This document shows positions 58,737 to 64,000 of a stretch of DNA of 64,000 nucleotides, piece after piece. The notes under the pieces are model-generated. The model was not told where the DNA came from, did not search any database, and saw nothing but the letters and a program-made list of their open reading frames with translations. The translations under genes and the position numbers were made by a program. This DNA comes from a virus (Duplodnaviria; Caudoviricetes), in the IMG/VR virus record IMGVR_UViG_3300029928_000005, positions 34,117-98,116 of that record; one strand, 5' to 3'. How positions within the stretch are numbered: position 1 is the stretch's first letter; each line of letters starts with the position of its first letter.

Positions 58737-59174
58737 CTACTTATTGTTTTCTTTAATATATTTAATAAGTTCTTCTTTAGTCATACTTTCAAGATTAGGT
58801 TTAGTTTCATAATGTTCAAAAGAATTATATATTTTATAACTCAATTTACCTAAACTAGTATCAACTTCATGAACTAATTCGTCTCTACGTTCATGAAGAG
58901 CATTAAAGAACTTCTTAAGAGTTTCTTCAGTAATACCTGTTTCTTTAATAATTTCTCTTAATTCATCAGATTCAAAATTAACAATGAAATTAGCATATTC
59001 AGAAATAGTACAGATACATTTAACATCTTCTTGAAGATGAGATTTAAAATCTTTACAATCTTCTTTACTGTCTTCAACTAATATCTTAAACATATTAGTA
59101 AGAATAGTTTTATTACTAGGTTTGTTCTTTTCAATAATTGATTCTAATGTTTCAATTAATTTGTTTATTTCCAT
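58737..59174 (-). CDS. hypothetical protein
   Basis: Start reassigned to MEINKLIE; C-term LESMTKEELIKYI. Confidence 0.75.
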   Translation of the reverse strand: MEINKLIETLESIIEKNKPSNKTILTNMFKILVEDSKEDCKDFKSHLQEDVKCICTISEYANFIVNFESDELREIIKETGITEETLKKFFNALHERRDELVHEVDTSLGKLSYKIYNSFEHYETKPNLESMTKEELIKYIKENNK

Positions 59175-59187
59175 TTTATTTATTATT

Positions 59188-59337
59188 TTAATTGTTATAA
59201 CCAAATATATCTTCATCATCAAAAGAATCATCAACTGTTTCTGGTTCCCAACCAACATTATCAAAATCTTCATCTAATAATTCACTATGAATATCAATAG
59301 TTTCAATATCCATATAATCATCACTAAATTCTGACAT
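59188..59337 (-). CDS. very acidic 49-aa peptide (not in ORF track)
   Basis: MSEFSDDYMDIETIDIHSELLDEDFDNVGWEPETVDDSFDDEDIFGYNN; 19 D/E and no K/R. Confidence 0.65.
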   Translation of the reverse strand: MSEFSDDYMDIETIDIHSELLDEDFDNVGWEPETVDDSFDDEDIFGYNN

Positions 59338-59442
59338 AATGATTATGATTATGATAAATAGTAGCTGGCTTAGTTCCTCCTTTTATGGGGAATCTAACAC
59401 CAACTACATTACTACAATTAATATATATAGAAGATTAAGAAT

Positions 59443-59913
59443 TTACATTACATTGTCATTAATTTCTTTTTCTTCTTTAGATTCTTCTACAGTATTACCA
59501 TTTATTTCATTATCATTATCATTGTTGGTAACACCATCAACAATTTTATTTTCTTCTAAAATAAATGTTTCAATAGTTTTTTGACTATCTTCAGCGAAAC
59601 TCTTGAATGCACCTACAAGAGCATTAATAAAAAATTGTTCTCGATAAGTATATTCACGTTTAAGACCATTAACAACAAGACTGAATTTATTCCAATCAGT
59701 AAAATCAATATATCTGTCTTTATCAATTTCAGGATTTACAATACCTTGTTGAATAAAATAATTCATAATATTTAGAGCTGTATGACGACGAACACCATGA
59801 TTAAAATGAATAATCATACTAAGCTCAACAACATGATTAGGAATATTAAAAGGAATTTTAAATTTTCTACGAATACTAGATTCAATCTTACCTTTAGCAT
59901 TATTTATTTTCAT
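59443..59913 (-). CDS. hypothetical protein
   Basis: 156-aa ORF with a host-type promoter upstream. Confidence 0.75.
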   Translation of the reverse strand: MKINNAKGKIESSIRRKFKIPFNIPNHVVELSMIIHFNHGVRRHTALNIMNYFIQQGIVNPEIDKDRYIDFTDWNKFSLVVNGLKREYTYREQFFINALVGAFKSFAEDSQKTIETFILEENKIVDGVTNNDNDNEINGNTVEESKEEKEINDNVM

Positions 59914-59947
59914 AACTACAACATATATTTAAACATTAATACTATGA

Positions 59948-59978
59948 CAAATATAACATATAATTACGAAAATGCAAA
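59948..59978 (-). promoter_or_regulatory. Bacteroidota primary-sigma promoter
   Basis: TTTG-N19-TATATTTG, 35 nt upstream of the ATG at 59913. Confidence 0.7.
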
Positions 59979-60178
59979 TACTAATGAATATTTTTATTCG
60001 GTATTGCTGTAATTATTGCTATTAGGTCATGTTCTCAAATGTTAATTGCATGAATAATAAATATAATAACATAATGATTTATTATTATATTATGCTTATC
60101 AATACTATTAAATTTATATTAAACAGTTTCATAAGTAATGTGGATATTACTATCCACACTACTTATATTGCTATATCA

Positions 60179-60886
60179 TTATCCCATGTGAGATTTAAAC
60201 ATATCTTTAATCATACTTCGTTTCGCATCACGAATATCTTCATTAGTTTCACCATTAACTCTAATAGCGATAATATGATTAATAAATGTGTCATTACTCA
60301 TTTTAGTCTCATTATTACGAGTACTAAAAGGATTATGATATAATTGACCAGCTTTTACAGGCTGACTAACTACATCAATAGTAGCACCAGCCATAATAGC
60401 TTCAAACACCTTGGCATTTTCTACAAGAGAATTACCAATCCATGCAATAGATTCAGTGTTTTTAATAACACCGCCTAATGCGAAATTAGAACTAAAGATA
60501 ATGTTTCTAGTTCCTTCTTTAAACACTCCGTTAGAATCAGCAACCATAGCACGAATAGGTCTATTTATAGTCAAATTGACCATAAAATAATTCTCCATTT
60601 CAGTAACTTTTGCAGTCTTTACTTTAAGATTACGATAATATTCATTACCGTCAGCTTTAATAAGACTTTGAACAATAGTTTCATAAGTGCTTGGTTCTTC
60701 AGGATTAGCATTATCTGCTTCATCCTCATTCTTTTCTGCTGCTTCTAATTCAGCATTATCTGCTTCATTCTTAGCCTTTTCCTTTTCTGCTTCTAATTCA
60801 GCATTTACTAATTTAGTAGCTTCTTCTACTGATAAACCTGTTGCTACTATTTCTGCAATTCTTGCTTGAACTTCTTGTGCGTTCAT
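60179..60886 (-). CDS. hypothetical protein with acidic N-terminal linker
   Basis: Start reassigned to MNAQEVQ. Confidence 0.8.
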   Translation of the reverse strand: MNAQEVQARIAEIVATGLSVEEATKLVNAELEAEKEKAKNEADNAELEAAEKNEDEADNANPEEPSTYETIVQSLIKADGNEYYRNLKVKTAKVTEMENYFMVNLTINRPIRAMVADSNGVFKEGTRNIIFSSNFALGGVIKNTESIAWIGNSLVENAKVFEAIMAGATIDVVSQPVKAGQLYHNPFSTRNNETKMSNDTFINHIIAIRVNGETNEDIRDAKRSMIKDMFKSHMG

Positions 60887-60990
60887 GTCTAAGTCTCCTA
60901 TTACTATCATCATTAGTAGGAATGATGATGTTTTATGTTTATAATATTTATAATTGGATAGATAACACCTACTTATCATCTATCCAATAT

Positions 60991-61012
60991 TTATATTGAT
61001 TATGAGTGAGTT
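60991..61012 (-). promoter_or_regulatory. candidate phage-specific promoter (copy 1)
   Basis: TTATATTGATTATGAGTGAGTT; near-identical copies at 61972 and 62668. Confidence 0.6.
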
Positions 61013-61018
61013 CTAAAC

Positions 61019-61056
61019 AAAAATAGTATTATTAGAAATAAATCTAATAATACTAT
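61019..61056 (-). terminator. AT-rich terminator-like hairpin
   Basis: ATAGTATTATTAGA-aataaa-TCTAATAATACTAT with U-tract on the - strand. Confidence 0.5.
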
Positions 61057-61062
61057 AAATAA

Positions 61063-61227
61063 TCATATATGTGCTATTAATTGAATTAATATCAACAATC
61101 CAAATGATGATAATAATAATTTAGCACATAATTTACCTTTTTCGTCTAAAGCTGCTGCAATTAATGCAGCAAATTCTGTTAAACCCATAATTATGGACAG
61201 GATTATGAGAATGATATTTATAATCAT
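61063..61227 (-). CDS. small membrane protein (54 aa; not in ORF track)
   Basis: MIINIILIILSIIMGLTEFAALIAAALDEKGKLCAKLLLSSFGLLILIQLIAHI. Confidence 0.5.
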   Translation of the reverse strand: MIINIILIILSIIMGLTEFAALIAAALDEKGKLCAKLLLSSFGLLILIQLIAHI

Positions 61228-61593
61228 GATTCTACTAATTTTAATACATGTTCTCCATATAAATATAGAACTATCATAATTGTAATTATTAGTTATTGTG
61301 ATGATGAAGAAAGAGATGATGCTGATAACAAATCAGGTACTATCCAAGTCTTTATGTTTTATTATTGATTATAGTAGGATAATGGATAAGGAATAAAATT
61401 AAAATGAATGTTGTAGGAATGGTATATGGAGATAAAAGTGATGATGGAACTAATGCTCCGCATCCTTTTCACATTACAGCTAAACATTCATATATTATTC
61501 CTTATCATTATCCTTATTCTATTATTAATCCTATTGGAGACGAAGTCGACGCTTGACGTGTTTGTCATGTTACAACTTTATCTCCTAATATTA

Positions 61594-61890
61594 TTAATCT
61601 TCTAACTTAAACTTATGAAGACCATTAACAATATTGTTAATGATGTCCATAGTTATGCTAATTTTCATTCTGCTTGCTATTAGAGTATTCTTAATCCTTC
61701 TTATCGGAAGGTTTGCTTTAAGGATACGAATAGCCTTATTATAATCAACATTTGTATAAATGCCAATTATAATATCTTCTCCATTACATTTCATCCATAC
61801 ATTATCATATCTTTTGATAATGTATTTTCTGCTGATGCCATCTATATTGAAAGCAACAGCGTTCTTGTAAAAACAACATGTTTGTTTCAT
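61594..61890 (-). CDS. hypothetical protein
   Basis: ATG start MKQTCC, downstream of the candidate promoter at 61972. Confidence 0.55.
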   Translation of the reverse strand: MKQTCCFYKNAVAFNIDGISRKYIIKRYDNVWMKCNGEDIIIGIYTNVDYNKAIRILKANLPIRRIKNTLIASRMKISITMDIINNIVNGLHKFKLED

Positions 61891-61971
61891 TGCCAAATAA
61901 TATTTGCCGGATTAATATTATCATTATGACCGTGCCGGCTTTAATCATAATGATTATCATTCATGCGAAAT

Positions 61972-61993
61972 TTATATTGATTATGGGTGAGTT
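61972..61993 (-). promoter_or_regulatory. candidate phage-specific promoter (copy 2)
   Basis: TTATATTGATTATGGGTGAGTT. Confidence 0.6.
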
Positions 61994-62046
61994 ATTTGTT
62001 TTGGAAGTAGGAACAGCCCATTTTTAGACTGTCCCTTTTCCATGAC

Positions 62047-62565
62047 TTAAAGTTCTATACCGAACTTCTTCGCCGTCATCTTAATCATAAAGTCGCTGTA
62101 GTTCTTTTCTGCTACATAGTCCATAAATATTAAGAAAATTTCATCTTCAGGAATAGCAAGACGAACATTACTAAAACTATAATTAATAGTTTTAGTAACT
62201 TCTCCTGTTTCTTTGTTAGTTTTTTTCCCTTCTGTTGCTTCAATATCGACAACAGCTCCACGAAGCCATTGTCTACATTGCTCAATGTTATTGTCTACAT
62301 TATTTAATCTATCTTCTAGAATAGCTCTTGTTGGAAATTGTTCTAATCCAGTATGTACCAATTTTTGTAGTACAACATTATATATTGATAGTTCAGATTT
62401 AGTGCTAACATTATAATTACCAGCATCATCTTTGACAATACCAGTAACAGCAGCATTAAGATGAAGCAAAGACTTATCGTTATCGACAATAAGCTCAGAT
62501 TTACCATTAACCATTACAGACTTGTAAGCATTAGTAACTTTAGAAATAACTGTTGTTGTTGCCAT
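62047..62565 (-). CDS. hypothetical protein
   Basis: Start reassigned to MATTTVIS. Confidence 0.8.
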   Translation of the reverse strand: MATTTVISKVTNAYKSVMVNGKSELIVDNDKSLLHLNAAVTGIVKDDAGNYNVSTKSELSIYNVVLQKLVHTGLEQFPTRAILEDRLNNVDNNIEQCRQWLRGAVVDIEATEGKKTNKETGEVTKTINYSFSNVRLAIPEDEIFLIFMDYVAEKNYSDFMIKMTAKKFGIEL

Positions 62566-62667
62566 AATGATAGATACTGTGTCCTTAACACAGAGTAGTA
62601 CTATTAATAACAAGTAGAGAAACACTACTATATTCTCTGCTACCAATGTATTCTACATTGGCAAGAA

Positions 62668-62689
62668 TTGTATTAATTATGGGTGAGTT
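62668..62689 (-). promoter_or_regulatory. candidate phage-specific promoter (copy 3)
   Basis: TTGTATTAATTATGGGTGAGTT. Confidence 0.6.
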
Positions 62690-62904
62690 AATATTATCAG
62701 CAGTTTCAATAGCGGGGGTATGTCAATCAGTTCCGCAATGCCGGGGGGCATCGCTCCGTAGCTCCCCCATCTCACTAATATACACCAAAAACACCTATAT
62801 CCTTTCTATCATTTACATCATTATTTACTTTATCTTCATATTCATTTACAATTTCTACTTATTTATCATCTTTATTTTTTTTATTATATCATCCCATTCA
62901 TTTC

Positions 62905-63687
62905 TTATATCTTTATCACATATCCATTTTTATCAATAATAGTTACTTTACTTCTTTTTCTATCTTTTCTTCCTTTTACTTCTTCAACCATTTCGTTATT
63001 TAATTTAAGAACATCACATTTATTTTCTTCATAATTATTATCTTGTTCTACAATATTATCTATTTCTTCAACTTCTTTAGCATACATACTTTTATCTACA
63101 TAAAGAGTTCCTTCAATATCATTTTTATCTTTAAATACTTTATATTTATCTATAACAACTATATTGTTTTTTGTAACAATAGTATTTTTAAGTTCATATT
63201 CTATTCTTTTATTATATGTAAGAAGATTTCCTTTATAAATATATAATGGATTTACACAATAAAGTCTTTGTATATTAGTTTTACGAATAACATCATTTGC
63301 TATTAAAACTTTAATAGTATTATAATAATCTCTATTACTAATTTCTTTTCCTAAACAACCTTTTATTCTTTCAATACTAAGTTTTATCCAATTACTATCA
63401 AATTCAATTTTAGCAGCTATATAACCACAAATTCTATAAAAATGAAGATTATCAACTTTATTCATAATATCCCAAAGACTATCTCCTATAAGATTAAAAG
63501 AATGTTTAAGTCTAAAAGGTTGAATAATTTTAGTTCCATCATATAAAATTCCTCTTACGGTTTCTGTATCTTCTAAAGTAACAGGAAATGGATTGGGAAT
63601 ATTTAATTTAATATTCGGATTATTACCAGAACCAACAAGTTCGATAGTTTCATTTAAACTTTTAACAAAATTATAATGCGTACTCAT
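62905..63687 (-). CDS. RepL-like winged-helix protein (copy 3)
   Basis: YYNTIKVLIANDVIRKT...LYCVNPLYIYKG, the RepL-type C-terminal motif. Confidence 0.65.
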   Translation of the reverse strand: MSTHYNFVKSLNETIELVGSGNNPNIKLNIPNPFPVTLEDTETVRGILYDGTKIIQPFRLKHSFNLIGDSLWDIMNKVDNLHFYRICGYIAAKIEFDSNWIKLSIERIKGCLGKEISNRDYYNTIKVLIANDVIRKTNIQRLYCVNPLYIYKGNLLTYNKRIEYELKNTIVTKNNIVVIDKYKVFKDKNDIEGTLYVDKSMYAKEVEEIDNIVEQDNNYEENKCDVLKLNNEMVEEVKGRKDRKRSKVTIIDKNGYVIKI

Positions 63688-63698
63688 AACAAAATGAC

Positions 63699-63835
63699 TT
63701 TTTAGTATATTAATTGGTATAAATATATCAATATTATTGATTTTTAGTACCCAATTCGGTAATTATTTTTTATTTTATCTATTTGATTATCAATAAGTTA
63801 CAACTTTTCCTTTCTTATATATAATATATAAATCA
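63699..63835. promoter_or_regulatory. upstream module of RepL-3: repeats, IHF-type site, AT tract
   Basis: TTTTTAGTA...AATT(C)GGTA at 63699 and 63741; TATCAATAAGTTA 63788-63800; TATATATAATATATA near 63817. Confidence 0.55.
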
Positions 63836-63885
63836 TAGATTTATTGCTATCTATATAATCAATATCATTCTTTCTAATATGTACA

Positions 63886-63948
63886 CTCCCCGTAGGAGAA
63901 TGATGGATGGCTATAGCTTGCTCAATATCTCCTCCTACAGGGAATCTA
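63886..63948. repeat. inverted pair of CCCCGTAG-type motifs
   Basis: CTCCCCGTAGGAGAATGAT ... ATCTCCTCCTACAGGGAATCT. Confidence 0.85.
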
Positions 63949-64000
63949 TCATTATCATTATATTTATTATTGAAATAATATATAATATACTTGTATATAT

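Noticed and set aside
62646-62939. 97-aa hydrophobic + strand ORF
   Set aside because: It arises from a low-complexity T-rich tract, overlaps a promoter candidate and is opposite to all neighbouring genes
1081-63942. CCCCGTAG copies as a CRISPR array or as a conserved peptide repeat
   Set aside because: The copies are dispersed with no repeat-spacer periodicity, no cas genes are present, and the motif is read in four frames
1-64000. Stop-codon reassignment (TAG or TGA), known in some crAss-like phages
   Set aside because: Genes up to 13 kb are uninterrupted in the standard code, and TAG/TGA end genes at sensible positions (e.g. 49185, 36368, 7541)
56000-64000. tRNA genes in the intergenic regions
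   Set aside because: No cloverleaf with a T-loop GTTCRA and a matching acceptor stem was found by eye; tRNAscan-SE would confirm

Overview
About 64 kb of a very AT-rich crAss-like phage genome (Crassvirales, PolB-type, standard genetic code; host most likely Bacteroidota, judged from TAnnTTTG promoters). 1-33.8 kb (+ strand) holds an IHF-like gene, the tail tubular and tail stabilisation/muzzle genes, the ejected cargo genes, a zincin-containing giant protein and a 4441-aa virion RNA polymerase. From 33.9 kb the genes run on the - strand: thioredoxin-like proteins, dUTPase, DUF932, Gp157, ThyX, dNMP kinase, ligase, primase, SSB, RecT-like, SNF2-like, PolB (split by a group I intron carrying a GIY-YIG homing endonuclease), a Dda-like helicase, three RepL-like genes and small probable early genes. 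The most unusual signal is a DNA-level motif, core CCCCGTAG. I count 24 exact copies on both strands, 18 of them inside genes and read in four different frames. It also forms inverted pairs within a repeated module upstream of each RepL-like gene (gene-specific operators + IHF-type site + AT-rich tract + motif pair). Also present: a second, transcription-oriented bipartite repeat of about 90 bp, a candidate phage early-promoter motif, and several ORFs missed by the track, including an extremely acidic peptide. All protein calls are from recognised motifs and gene order, not database searches.
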